Positions 14,001 to 28,500 of a stretch of 64,000 bases of DNA are shown here, piece after piece (position 1 is the first letter of the stretch; every line of letters starts with the position of its first letter). A model generated the notes under the pieces. The model was not told the origin of the DNA. It saw nothing but the letters and a program-made list of their open reading frames with translations, and did not search any database. Position numbers and translations under genes: made by a program. The DNA comes from Balanoglossus misakiensis (Eukaryota > Animalia > Hemichordata), in the NCBI GenBank assembly GCA_040954595.2, contig CM082578.2, positions 13,174,304 to 13,238,303 of the forward strand, read 5' to 3'.

Positions 14001-15436
14001 AAGGATGTCAAAATCATGCCACATATACGATCTGGTCTTTTAAAGTACATGTAATCTTACGCGCAGTTGTTAATTTTAACGAAGTATAAAGTGCTGACCA
14101 ACTCCACTAGGACTTCCAACAGTAAGTCGGACGTAGATGTTCTCCGCTTTCATCCCTGCCATTGGTCACAAAATACTCAAATCCTGAGCGAACCATACGG
14201 TCGGCTTTAGAAGAAATCTACAAAAGTTATCGGATTTCCATTGACGATTTCAATTTCCACAGTGACGGACGTCACGTTGGTATAATTATCTTTGTAGCAT
14301 CTGTTTACAACAATATTCTGTATGCCTAGAAATATTATAAAAGAAATGTGTGTGGGGGCTTAGTAGGAAATGGTATGCGGTATCTGTACTTTTCTCACTG
14401 TTGCCACTCACTGTCAGTAATAATACAATCACGCCATCTTGTATGCAGAAAGTTTTTAGTGTGGCGGTTCCGCTAAAACTCAAAACATATGACGGATTAA
14501 ATTGCAAGCAACATATGGGAAAGGCGTTTTTTCGACATTTTATCGATATCATTTCAAGTCTGTATGTCTGTCTGTATGTCTGTATGTCAGTGTCTGTATG
14601 TCTGCAGGGTAAACGTGAGAATATAAGCGTTTCTACATTCTTTTTCAATGAGAATGAGAAAAGGACGTAGCTAAACTCAAAGGTTGCCCGCAAAATTTCA
14701 AAAATAGGTGGTAGAATCAAGGGGGTGATAAAATCTATAGGAGGGAGCCAAGTGTTGGCGTGGGAATGGAAAGCAGAGGGTCACAACAGTCAAAGCAGTC
14801 GTTGCAGAAAGTTTCACCAAGGACACTGACCAAATAATCTTTCTAACCAGGTCGCTGACGGATTTTTTAAACATATTTTTTTCGCATTTTAATCCATTAA
14901 GACCAAAACTGCATTGTTATAGACCGCAAACCCATATTGGCAAGCTGAAGGTAATTTTTGTACAATGTCATGAGTTCCCGGGGGATGTACTTATATCTGA
15001 TTTTGAAATTTGAATACACACCAGCAGGATATTTGGTTATATTTTGTCACCCCTATTTGCAAACACCCCCGGCTTACACTTTTATACAAAAAGGGGTTTA
15101 TTCACACTAAATTATCATTTGTTGAAGATTGGGAGAAAATAATTTCTGGCCAAAGGTAAGATAATTGTTTTTTATAGTTTTGCTGCTGTGCATCTTTAAA
15201 TGATGCCGAGACCGATTTATTCTCTGCTGGACCTGCGCGCGCTATCCTTCTGGCCGACCCCAAAATATACTATGAATTAATATCATCATAACCATCTACA
15301 CAATTATGTTTTTCCACAAGACAATTCTGACTGCCTTAAATAGGTTTTCACTTTGTGTTAGGGAGTCAAATCACATTATAATAATTGCATTCTGCATAAG
15401 ACTTGACTCTTTATTTATTCGGATTCCAGTCACAAA

Positions 15437-17692
15437 ATGTATGTAAAAGAAGTCCTCCTCCTTCTATGTGGAGTTGTTTTGGCCGAGGCAATGGTAAGCT
15501 TGCTTCACTTTGTTGCTTTCAAGGAATTTAACAATTTGTAATAAACATGGTTAAGTGAATGGGTGTTTCTAAATTCTACTATGACCATGTGCATGGTGGC
15601 GCGCGTATGTTTTCGCATGATATAATTTTGCTGGTGACCCCTCGGCGAAACAAACACTCCCATTTCAACCAGGTTTTCACAGGAAAATAAACATTGTCAC
15701 AAAAAGTGCGTGAAGACTGTTATCATAATCTACATGTATATGAATGGTACCGTCAAACAAAATCTCAGTACAGAAACCTTCATGACTAACATTTCGTTTC
15801 CTGTGGCTCACCCTTTCTTCTCACCATCAACATCCCTCACAGCCATGGGTAAGTAATATTAACACATTATACCCAATAAGTTTAAGGGTTGAATTCGAAT
15901 CTCCTATCTTTAGTTTTTCACAAAGAAATTAGGTGGTTAGGCTAAGGGTTGCTATTAGCTGGCGTTCACCAATTTGAACCTCATGACCGTTTTATAAAGA
16001 AACTAGTCGAGTTGTGTAATACTTGCCGCTAGCGAGGTCTTGAACTTTGCAGAATGTCAAAAGTGTGAATAGATCTCCTAATCTGGTGTAGAAAAACAGG
16101 TTATAAGCATTACAAATATGGAGACAGGACATGGGGTTTTAAGAAAGTTCTCATGCAGGTAGTGCATTATTGTAGCATTTCATGGTACCGTTCTCCTGTG
16201 TATGTTCAGTTTTAACTGCATTTCGTCGACAATACCATCGATCTCAGTTGTCACCTTAGCACAAGTAATAGAGTTTCTATTAACCACACAAGCATTTATT
16301 TGGTGGTCCCTTTTCTATTCTGTTCATTTTCATTGTCTCACAGGACTGTGTACGTAAGTATTAAGAAATCCTAACTGTTCTTATCGTTCCTGATAATAAG
16401 TGATTGCCTAAACGTTTTTTTGTTGCATTCCAGTGTTTCAATTACCTTGCTCTTATTAATGTCTAATTAATCTTCTCTTCTCTTTTATTATTTGTGTCAC
16501 GGTTGTTATTTTTTAATGAATGATGGCAGATATGTGTATTGTGCTCATCAACGGCGTTTCTTATTCATTGTCAGCATCCTTTTGCCTTTGCAACAAATAC
16601 GAAGTGCATTGTCAGATGCCGGACGATGCCAACCAGGGAGGGATGACGTACTATGGATACGCCGAAGCTAAATGTGCTGAGCGTGGAGGTTCGCTGGCCA
16701 ACCTGGTGGACGAAGAAATTGACTCATTGGTGAGGACCTTCATCGACAGCGAAGGCCTCGGTGGACCTCCCTGCATCACGCGCTATGGGTTCTTCATCGG
16801 CTTGACTGACAGTGACACCGAAGGCGATTTTGAGTGGAGCAACGGTGTCCCAATATGTGACTGGCCCGGCAGCTGGGCCTCCGGAGAACCGAACAACAAC
16901 GCGAAAAGAGATCCCGATGGCCAGGACTGCGTGCAACTTTGGTTAGTTCTAGAGATCATTATTTGGCATTGCTTTTAGAAACTGTCATTGTTTCAAAACT
17001 AATTAACAAACCGCACTTGTTCAGATACTGCGTAGAAATACAAGGAATCCGTATTAATACAAAAGATCGTTGACAGAGTGCATGTATTTAAATGTGTATT
17101 CCCTTATCGTGGCTTCTTTGAAAATATCAACCAAGACATTCGTACAATGGTCAACAAGCGTGTGCGTTTGTTTAAAGAAATTGTCAAATATTTTTGTCAC
17201 TCTTGTGACGGTTTTCCCCGAAAAGTATAGAACTTAGAAGTACATGTACTTGATAATTAACTGCATCTTTGTTTCGCTGACCAATTTCAGGTACAGATTC
17301 GGACACAATGGGAAGTGGGACGACGAATATTGCAATTTCAGACCAAAGGGGTTCATCTGTGAAATTCCAAGTAAGTCGTATACAGATTATACTGAAAAAT
17401 ATCATTTGAGGTCTTATAGGGTGTCTTATTAGGGTGATTTTTTCGGGTTGTTCGAAATCGATGGCAACTGACCATTATGCATACCGAAGCGAAGTGTGAC
17501 TACAGGTATATTCTTTTTCCAAAAGAGAATATTAATTCGCAAGTCATATTTTGGCCGCCGCCAACGGATAGGTTGGCGCCGGCTGCTCATAACGGTCACG
17601 AATTTCGATCAAATCGCGCAAGAACATATAATATGTACGTCAATCACTTTTTGTCTCTTTCAGCTCACTGCTGTTGCAGTGACGCACCCTAG
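15437..17692 (+). CDS. Secreted C-type lectin, single CTLD, EPN (mannose/glucose-type) motif (~182 aa); exons 15437-15493, 15843-15848, 16344-16353, 16575-16941, 17291-17370, 17664-17692
   Basis: Signal peptide MYVKEVLLLLCGVVLAEA; CTLD hallmarks A..C...GGSLA, FFIGLTD...EGDFEWSNG, W.SGEPNN, DCV, GKWDDEYC, FICE; AATAAA near 17795. Frame closes only when the 10-nt micro-exon is included. Confidence 0.9.
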
Positions 17693-18792
17693 GATCGTGG
17701 AGGAGAAGCCAGTTACTCGTGAGAAGCGCCCTTTTCGGATGCATCAGTCATCTTCGACTTCTTAGTAATTGCGTTATGCAACTTTAGTAAGATAAATAAA
17801 GAATAGCAATACACGTAAATAAACAACGCCCTCTATCATTCTGTCTGTTGCAATTTTTTAAGCCATGCAGTAGCCCAATTCAAAGGATCTAAGTTGGTGC
17901 ACACCACTATGTCATTAACATTGCATTTCCCGTTAAAGTCCACAAACAAGCTTTTCAAGCAATTTCTCTAATGGTGATGCGATGTCCCACTATACAATTT
18001 AGAAGGCACTTAATTGCTAGCCATTAGATTGATCACCACACGCGTGGTTAGGGTTCACTTTCCGGCCTTTTAACCCGTGCTCATAAAAAGCATATACGTG
18101 TACACACGCCATGTTTTCTTCGACAATTCACGGACAAGGAGGCCTCATACCCATACTTGACAAGCGTTCAAATGCAACCGAAAATTACGGAAACAACCGG
18201 CGAAAGACCAGGAAATAGGAGAGGAAATTGTATGTTTGATTCCACGTTGTTAAGACAACATCCACGTCTATCGCTAAACGTCCCAACATTATACTGGCGA
18301 TATCACATGGCTAAGGAGAAGCAATTGTCGTTACTCCCAGCGACGATGACTCACGTCAAAATTAATTAATCCAATGCCGCCGACCCACTTTGCGCGTTGC
18401 TTTTCCCCCTAAACAAACATTAAAAGTGCGGGACTTCAGGCATGAAGATCGTCTTCCACAAGACGCCCACAATATGTTGAAGATATCAGCACGCTCATCC
18501 AGACACAGGGTTTCATGTCGTACATCAAAAGCGCCCTGCTCATGACAATATGGGTGAAGATTGTATAGCTTACTTGATTTCTGATATATTCTGGCCAGCG
18601 TAAAAGGATCGAAGAGATTACCCTGCACAGTAAAAAGTAGCATACGTCTGCAGATGACGGGGTGATACGATATCATCTCTCAATAAAATGTCATAATGCA
18701 TAATGTCCGTGTAAAGAAGACTGACTCTATTCTATTTTGCTTCTGGATGATCGGACCAATGGCTTCCCTAACTCCGGGAAAAAATAATATAT

Positions 18793-18793
<1 letters not shown>

Positions 18794-18823
<30 letters not shown>

Positions 18824-18915
18824 GGCCCAATCTGCACTACCGAGCCTAACTTTGGCAAAGCAACTCCCTCTGTGAACCCCCCCCCCCCCCACCACCACCA
18901 CCACCACCACCACCA
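18794..18915. repeat. Simple repeats: (TTTTG)n, poly-C and (CCA)n
   Basis: Directly visible tandem runs. Confidence 0.85.
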
Positions 18916-19080
18916 CATGGGACACAAATACATGATGGTTTGAAAAAAAAGCAACTATATGTAAAAAGGCTTACCGACACGGTTAAGTTTCACATAATAC
19001 TTTACAACTTGCAAGTGAAATAATATGGCCGCCACCAGCGTGTAGGATGTGCACAGTCTCTTGTTCTCTCTGCGTTCTTT

Positions 19081-19109
19081 GTCACGTGATTGGTATTTCA
19101 AAATGGCGG
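19081..19109 (+). promoter_or_regulatory. Putative promoter module upstream of the Cys-loop channel: E-box GTCACGTGA, inverted CCAAT (ATTGG), YY1-like AAAATGGCGG
   Basis: Three known promoter motifs within 29 bp, about 470 bp upstream of the first coding exon; function is inference. Confidence 0.35.
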
Positions 19110-19576
19110 TATATTTCAAATATACGCATAATTTGCTTTCCTCATTGAATGGTTATTAATTGGAAAAAATATGCAAGATTTTATAAAACGCAGCAAGGTT
19201 TTTTTCAGGAGCACTGGCCAACACGTTCGTGACAATATTGTTATTAAAACGAGAAGACGCCAGTTACTGATGTCAAAATAAATTCGCGTAACTAGGGAGC
19301 TCACTCTTGGTAACGCGCCGTGTGCAATAAAGCGGAATGCACGTAACACAATACAAAGCACCACATTCCCTCTTCCAACGCGAGTGACCTGAGCCTGCTG
19401 CTTACTTTGACTGGCGGTTCTTCGCCAGGTGTCCACATCGAGCATCTAGAGGAGGATCGACACCTCGATAAAAACAAAAAACCGCGAAGGCGCTTATTTC
19501 CACAAACACAAGGCAGTCTCACTGGTTTCAGACATTTCCCGCCTCGTCGTTGAGTAGATCTGTATGTTTCAAGAGA

Positions 19577-22500
19577 ATGTCACTCCGCCGATGGTTCATT
19601 TGTGTGTGTTTGTGTTCGGGAGTTCACTGTGGGTGAGTCTTAATAACATTATTTCAGGGTTCAACCTCACATATTAGTCTTCGTTTTCAGCCCTTGAACG
19701 ATGTTAGAAATACAATAGAATTGCATTGAATTGAATTACCTGTAGGCCTACTTTCATTCGCGTGGGACAAGCAATTGTAGGTAACGACAACCGTGTGCGT
19801 TCACTTGCAAAACTGTGTCCGACTTTGCCCTTTTTCTCATCCAAGAACAGCAAGTTTACACATGAATTCCTTACCATATTCCTGACCATATTTCCGTGCT
19901 TACCTGGAAACATGCGGCTTCCATTCGTTTTCTATGAACTTGTATTTAACACCTGTGATATTTCGCGCCACGCGGTGTCTGCGTGCAGGTAGAAAAAAAC
20001 GACACTTCAGCTTTATACAGTGCATTGCATGCAGTGAGTTTCGCACTCGCTTTCGCGGCAATAACAACAACCAACTTGGCCGTAAAAGAATATCAGTCAT
20101 TCACAGAAATAACAAAATGTGGATTGAGGTGTGTCCGATTATGGCAGGCGATGGCTTATTTTCTTTATACGCGTGATTACCGAGTGCAGTAGATCAGGAA
20201 AGAAAACACTTACGAGAATGACTCAACTGATTCCCCGGGTATACATATAGAATGTCCGAAATACTACTGACTGTCTGTCTGTCTGCCTACGTCTGCCAGT
20301 TCCGTATGCCCCGTATGTGCCCTGTCTATTTTCCCCTGCGCACGATGTAACCATTAGTTTCAAGTACAGTGTCGTATTTATAACAGCAGCATAAATGAAA
20401 TCTTATTGTTGTGCAATTTGGTAAATTTGAAAGTTGCGTGTACAAAACCTAGTCGTAATTAGCTTTCGGTTTGATTAGATTTTGCCATGAAAAATTGACA
20501 ATTTGTAATATTAGCGCCGTGCCTCAAAGGACAACATCTCAGGAATTACTTTACTTTAATTGGGGTCACTACGGCAGTTCCATCGAGTTCTAAGACATGA
20601 TGGGAGCTTGGCAGTATTCAGTTGTTTATATTTAGTGTTTGTTAGTACAGAAGGCCATATGTCACGGTGGCCGACGTGTGTCGGGAATCTAATTAATGTT
20701 TCCAGTCACATCAATTATGCCAAAGTGTGTTTATCAACGAAATATTAGGCGGGTAAAGCTGACCGACACAAACCGACAACATAAACAGTAAATAGCAAAC
20801 AAACAAATAAACAATTTACATTGATGTAAATCATATTGTAAAACGTCGCCATAGGACATGGATTATTGTTTTTGGAACGTTGACAATATCACGTGACACT
20901 GGCGGCAAGATACATTGCTTCTTCGTCTGAGCATTTAATAACTTGATTCTCTTGTGTAATGTGACAAGAATACCGTGATTTGGCAAAAATGCAGGGGCAT
21001 GATGAAGATGTGGTTAGAGTTTGCGCACGAGGGAATGCCTATAGCGACTTTTAGGATTTTCAATTTGACGGCACTTCTCTGCCTAGAAAAACAAATGACC
21101 AACTGCTTGGCAACTGCTCGTGTTTTCGCTAGGCGTATTTTGATTTGATTCGGCGACATGTACTCAATCACTTAAGAATATATAACCGGAACGAATACTG
21201 GGTCGTCGTGGAATTTCAATTGGCACTGTGAAAATCAAATTCACCCGTCATAATTGTTAACAAAACGAACGCTATACAGCTGACACGTGGGCATTAACGT
21301 GAGGCTGATTATCCCCCGAGCTCAGAATGGCGGTTACTGTAGAAACAAGACCCACTCGTACCCGCAGATTTGCGAGGCGTTGGCTGAAGGACTGGTACGC
21401 TGTATACAAACATTAAACATTCATTGATGTACATCTAAACCAATGCCATACAAACGTCGTTTAACGACGACAGACAAGCATCAGCAACACCTTAACGCCT
21501 TTGGTGCTCGCGTTCCGCATTAAAGATGCATTGGCTAATAAACGAGGCTTTCGATGCGTAAATACATTAGAAATTTCTAATCCCCGTATAGCTCTCGCTG
21601 AACGACCATGGCCGTCTAAATTCAATAATCTATGAAATATTTCTTTGTAATTTGCAAGTGCCCCCGAATTTGTTACGTAAGAACACATGAGTAATCAATT
21701 TCTTAATTACAAATATAGCACCACTAGCCATTGTCAAGAAATTTCATAAAATCAGGGGGATTGAACTGTGTTACGTGTGTTTTTCTTTCACGGAGCTGGT
21801 AAAAACAAGACACGTGCTAATGAAAACACTGGCCGCATGGTAGAATTTTGCTTTGCGTTCAAAAGCTTGTATATTGTCTGCTCAAAACAAAGTTTTAGGG
21901 TAGATGCACATTCCGTGTAGATCATGGCGCGCCCAGTAGCTGCAGCAATCGGTCTTTCACACGACCGACAGTTTTAGTGATCACGTGGCCACGAACAACT
22001 TGTTTGTCTTTCGAAACAACCAGCGTCGTCAAACTATAGTCATACTGGTATACATGGCTCCGCTTATTGGCCGTGTATATCGCCAACAAAGTCTCCCACC
22101 TGTGCATTTCTTTGAGTCGTGCACCTCAGAAATTGACGCATCAATATTTTAGACTGGGGGAGCGATTTCCTACTAAGTGCAACCGGCACATTGCTACACT
22201 AGTAGGGCGTCCCTTCTCAGATACGACTGACTGGACTCGAACGCACAATTTTTCCCACAGCACCCGGCGTCTACCTACCGACCCGCGTACAAAATCAGTA
22301 CTATACCTATATATACATGATGTTACGATAATTGGTGTTAGATACCCCAGAAGCCTCTTAACTTCAATTGCGAACAATCACATCAATATTCGCACCTGCT
22401 AAACGCCTCCTTTCTTCTGACCCCTTCCCACTGTTCAGCAATGGCAGTCTGGAGATTTCTTTCATTGCGATTCTGAGCTAAAAAGGGAAGAGTTGACTGC

Positions 22501-25500
22501 TCTGTCAAGTCTTTGTGCAAATCTTAATACGGAAAAGTTCACTCCCCGAGTTTACATCCGGCGAGACAACCTAGGCGTGTCATATTTCTGGGCTGTTATC
22601 GTCGCGCAGGTGTTAGTCGGCGATGTGCAGTTGTTAGAAAATGACAGGGGAATTTCGTGTCCAGGAAGTAGTGGTCTTTGCTCGTCAGTGCTGTTCATAC
22701 AGCCGCCCGTCATGGAGTGGCAAAGTGACTATGTTGCCTAGGCAACAGTGAGTATTAAATTACATCGAGTTATGCGAAAAAAATATGGGCATTAAGCACG
22801 ACCCACTTCGATTTCAGATCTTTCGTGTTGTCCCTTGGGAAAGATAACGTTTGTCTGTTCATAGAAGAAATGCACTGAATTATTAATATGTTTAGGCGGT
22901 GGTGATCTCAGTCTCCTCCCTCCATCCCTCCCTCCATTTCCCCCTCTCTCCCTCTCTCTTCGTGTCTGTTTGTCAATAAACTAATACAACTGAACGCTGG
23001 GCAAGTTTAGGTGTGCCATTTACGCCTTCTGCGCACACGCAACTGCCGACAAGTCTATACACTCTCTCTTTTTTCGCTGCGGTTGAACGACAAACCATAG
23101 AAACACGCTTCGTGCTACCCTCCCGGGGATTCTGTCGACTAGATACTAGGAATTCTCTTCAATAAATAACGATTATGCACACCAGTGCTGAGGAGTTTGG
23201 TCCCTGTACATGTAACTCAATCCCTAAATAGCAAATGTTTTTAACTAATTTGTTTCTGAGGGAAAGGCATCCGATGCAATGCTCATTTTTTTCGCGCTCA
23301 ACGTATTATTCAAGTACGTCAAATTACCAACAGAGACTAAGTCATTCACAATGACACGCAGCCTTGCGTGAAGAAACAGAATTTAGAAAGGGGAAAAAAA
23401 CAGATGTGATGATATGATCTCTAGCAAACCATGCAGAGAACCCGGCGTTAACGTTTTGACCGTTATTTACTCTATTAAATTCGAAACTGTTGTTGTTGGG
23501 CATTAATACACGTGCTGTCATCGTCGCGTGGTTCCATCAAAGAACGAATTGATTGCTCATTACGTTTAGGTTTGCTTTCGAAATTAAAAACGCAGTATTC
23601 ACGTGTTAGTGGCATTGTATTTCTTAAAACCTGTCGTCAAATCATGTGGCAAAAGCGACAGCTATGGTTTCCTATTCAACGAATTTACGTGCCATCACCG
23701 CAGACACAATAAGAAGCAGGCCGTGCCAAAGAGAAAGAGGCCAAGCAGAAAATGACTTCCTCTGCTTCAAAGCAAACTCAATTAATTCAGCAAACACCTA
23801 CACATGATAATTGACTTTTTTAAAATTAAAATTGAGGATGTTTTCCCATGAGTTGAGTCAGCTGATTCAATTACTGTTAGCCTACAACACTGACCAAGGC
23901 GCGTCTTCATCCCAGCGTTGTTTGTTTGGGTTTTTAGCAATAATTAATGTAATAGATAACCACCAGCACAGAGAATTGGATTCACCGAGGCCATTGTCTT
24001 GTTACATGTATATTTGGGTATCCAAATTTAAACGAAGCGATCACTTTGTCGAACAAATGAAACATCTGTAGGTGCAGACCCATCACAGCACGCCAAAAAA
24101 GAAGAATTGTCTATATAAAACATGTTTTGGAAGAATCGACGACCTTTTTCTAAGAATCGGGGGAATTCTGGCTTTGTCACTCTGGAATAATCACCGGGTA
24201 GTTTGTCAAAATAAATACTGCAGAGAGCAATACCGTATAACAGTTTAGTATTCCCAAGAATAAGAATAATCTTCTCCATCGGTTTTACTTGATGTTATGC
24301 ATATGCAAAGACGTTATCTTAGTGGGGGAATATTAAACCGCAACATGCCTTGGGACTTCATGAACGTGGTATATTACGGCCTGAGCATGCAGGCATGAGC
24401 CCCGGGAACAAGTGGCGGCATGTTCAATAATATGTAACACTGACAGGCATGGAGATCTTGCCTATTGGTTCAGTGTGGACGTTTAATACGACACGTAAAA
24501 TGCGGGCAAGAGATGACAGGTAATGTTAGAATAATTAAATTATTTGCGCATTGCATCCACCGTGTACGTGATGATTTTGTCGCTAACGTTAAAAGGCATT
24601 GATATGTACAAGAACGCTCGCCAAGACTTGCGGTCCAGTGAAGATGGCATGACACGTTATGCAAGTTAAACGGAGGTAAAGTTTCCCTTTGAACTGTTTA
24701 CATAATTTTCGGCCACTCAGCATGATGGTATTCGGCGCCATAATTCATATCGACTCATCGCTGTTCTCCCACCCGCATCTATATACCGATGTATTATTAT
24801 ATAATTCCACTGCTACGAGTTCTCATATTTTCGTGGGAATAAATAATTACAAAAGAAATACACGCGGATAATTGAAATATTTTGCTTCCTTGCTACGTGA
24901 ATCGGTGCGGCAGATAGTAGTCCGAAAACAAAATACAAGTCTATTATCCTCAATTAGTAACCAGGCCAACCACCAATTTAACCAATTAAACCACCTGACA
25001 ACGAACAATTCAAAATATGATGGTATGAAGAACGACATAAGTAATTGCAGCACGCATGCGTGAAGACAAATCCGCGAAAGAAAGATGCACAAGGTTCAAA
25101 TCATCGAAGAATGTAGCCACACTCTGGGAATGGCAAATTTGTCTCTTCCGATGGGATTATATTGAGGTTTGCCGGAAACCCTACTTCTTCTGATATCATA
25201 ATTGTTATGAAAAAGTGATCGCAGTTCAATCAAAAGAAATTACATTCCATAGCGTTATGAAATTGAATGTCCTTTCGTCGTATTTTTTCAACGAGCTTAA
25301 AGCGAAAATACTCCTGACTCAGCTTTCCTTCGTTCAACATCTACATTATTAACATCCTTGCATTTGATAAAACAACCAGTTAACCATCAGCAAATCAATT
25401 CAAAGACATGCCATCACTCTCGGCTTCACCTAACTTGCACCCTTAAGAATTACTGTCACTTAACAATGACATATACGTCACTTAGTGAGATTCAACGTTA

Positions 25501-28500
25501 CCATCATCCTTTGTGAATTATATTCAGCAACGTTAATAAATAATGGTTTATGAATCATACACATGTAGATGGGAAATATACTAGTACATGGGTATGTACT
25601 AGTATATTTCCCATCTACACACCCGCTCTTACTTATGAATTACCTGCCTCAATTTGCTGGGTGATTATTGATTGCATGTAACATAGTAAACTGTCTCATG
25701 GCATTCGTGCAGCAAACGACTTAGTTAACTACTGTGAACCCTTCACAAAGACGGTCACGACCTTCCCCTGAGGCCAAAAAAAACCCGGCCCTCCTCATTT
25801 TCGCTTCCCCCCTGTCGCTAAGCTCGACCAGTCCCTTACCGACATTAAATCGTCTAGCTAATTAAAAATACAGGATGTCTATCGCTATAATGGAAAAAAA
25901 TAACATAACTTGAAAGTGCAACATTTAACCATCAAAGTAATACCTTTGGGGTCGGGTAACCTCGTTGCATTATTCAACAGTATAGAGGCGAGCGTGAAGA
26001 TCCTTTAATCTGTCATATCACGTTTGTATTACATCAACGTGGAATCCCCACTGGCTCACCAGCTAACCACCACAAGAACGTTTATTTGACATGAATGCAA
26101 GTTAAGCGCAAAGCCAGGAATCTCATGACAGATGCGTATATGTATGGGAAGCTTTGCGAGTTTATCAACATTGAGAGATGATCAGTACGGAAGGTCGTTA
26201 CTCTCAAAACTTGAGGTTTGGTATACTGGGAAAGTCCTTGGCGAAATGCTAGTGAACATACTGCTGGTACACGATCCACGTGTAGCTGCATGTGTAATTT
26301 ACATGTATTTAATTACGTAAGAATGTTTCCTTGTGGTTTAGCGTTTAGCATTTAAACCCGTAAATTTCCCTTGTTTCTATTTTAGCCCCGTATACTCATG
26401 CATGGGGACTTCTCTTGTCTCGATATTCGTCTCTAGATCTGTGTTATCGATATCCCAATATGTGATCGACAGGTGCTGTAAAGTCAACCATCTGCTTATT
26501 TGCATACTCTGTTCTCACGGCTTTGGCTGTTCTGTTCTCTTTCTCTTGGTTGTAGTCGGGCGCATGCGCCATGCACCCGACTTCAAAACAGAACGGCAAA
26601 GAATCAGCAAAAGTAAAGACTGATTTTAATCAGATTGCCTCGCACATGGCTTTTTCTTTGTTCAGCTGGTAGTTATGCTTCTTTTCAGTTACTTCCAAGC
26701 TGGCACCAACGAAGACTTCAAAGGCGATAGGTACGACCCGTTTGGCATCACGTTATTTGCCTCGGCTACGACTATCTTTCACATTACAGGCTACTTTTAA
26801 TTGAGCACGCTCTGAGGTCGGGCACAAATGTGTAGTTTTGCACTAAACTGACACAAATAAGGTCTTATGCTGGGCCTTCGCAAAATACGATGGACGGAAT
26901 TCTTGAGATATGACCAACATTTGTGCGTAGACCCTTTCGTTCCAGGGTCTATGATTTGTGTAACGGCCATCGCGTTCTACGTTGGTTCTTGAGATGACTT
27001 CCGGTTCGCCAATACCCGTCTTTTGCGAATTCCCCGACTTCACAGCGTCAAATAAATTTTAAATGTGTAGCATGCCAAATAATAATAACTTCCAGCTCGT
27101 TTTTAAAGTCGCTTTAATGTTTCTTTGTTTTAATCTGTAAGTTTCTCTTCTCAGTAGAGTTTATTTTGGCTTAACTGTTAATGGCGCATTTATATCCTTG
27201 TGCTAATGTTAAGAAACATTGTAAAAAGAATGACTCTCTATGTCGGATGTAAAACAATTTAACGCCTCTCTCGATCTTGATAATCTCCCTCTTAATTTCT
27301 TTCTGATAAACGACACACTTATAGATTTGAGGTTATTTCGCACCGTTCCACCTTTCCTGTTGTTAACAGTGAAATCAACTGAAGCGAAGTGATCATTGTC
27401 AGCTCAGTTATACTGCTGGGCTCCGTATGTACATTGATCTGTTGCCACATTTTAATTTTGCTTATTGTGATGATGATGGTGGTGGTGGTGGTGGTGATGG
27501 AGGTGTTGGTGGTTGTTGTGTTGGTGGTGGTTATGGTGGCGGTTGTGGTGGTGGTGGTGGTGACTGTTGTGTGCGAGTTCGTGCGCGCGGGCTCGTGTCG
27601 ATGATTGGGGAAGCTTGTGAGGTTGAAAATATCCCTTTCTTCGTGGTCTTTACAGATGACAGTAAGTCAACAACAACATGCTTTCCGTCTTTGAACGCTT
27701 GTGTTCACAGCGGCCGAGTAAACGGCAACGTTCCTCTTCCGTTAAAATGGCCATCAGTTGCTCGGGGCGACAGTTACGCTATTTCAAGTATTTTTCTCTA
27801 AAATCTGTTATATCAAGACGCAAAACAAACAAACAAACACTATAGGTACTACTATTTTGGTGACGCCAAAATAAAATTCATAGAACGAGCTTTCCCGCCC
27901 ATAGACGTTTAATAGTCGCTGTAATATAATAATATTATCATATACACTATCACGATCATTAATATTGTATTTCGCTGGTTTCGAAACATGTACTGCATAA
28001 TTATATTTCTATGACGCTTTAGGTTGGGATTCTCTTTCAGCCGTCCATACATTTTGGTTCAGATATGGAAATAAAGTTATAAATAGTACACACCCTAATT
28101 TGTCATTCAAATTATGCCCTTTAGAGTCAAATCCGTGGTTTTGATTGGCTTTTTGTTGAAAATGGCGCTATTTCATGGATTATTGTTTATTCCTTGGGTT
28201 ATTGATTTCTCTTGCAGTTGACAGACACACGTTGTTGAAAAACAAAACTTATTTTTTTGTTTAAAGACGTCACCGCAATGGAAAATACCCAAACCATCGA
28301 TGTTTTTTCCCGTGGAGCTTAATTTCGTTGCATGTAATTTTATTCTGTCATGTGACATGTCGATTGACTAATGTCCCGTTTCAGGTTCTACAGATATTCC
28401 GATGTGCTGTATGAAATTATCTCCCGCGATGACTATGACCCGCACATGCGTCCGAATCCCGAAGGTAAGGCGGGGAAAACTTTGATCTATTTCTTTGTCT

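Noticed and set aside
26675-26730. ATG at 26675 as the channel start codon
   Set aside because: It gives only a very short hydrophobic stretch and lies in the acceptor tract of the 26689 exon; the 19577 exon supplies a better signal peptide in the right phase.
27389-27801. Gly/Cys-rich and Val-rich ORFs
   Set aside because: Translations of an intronic (GGT)n repeat.
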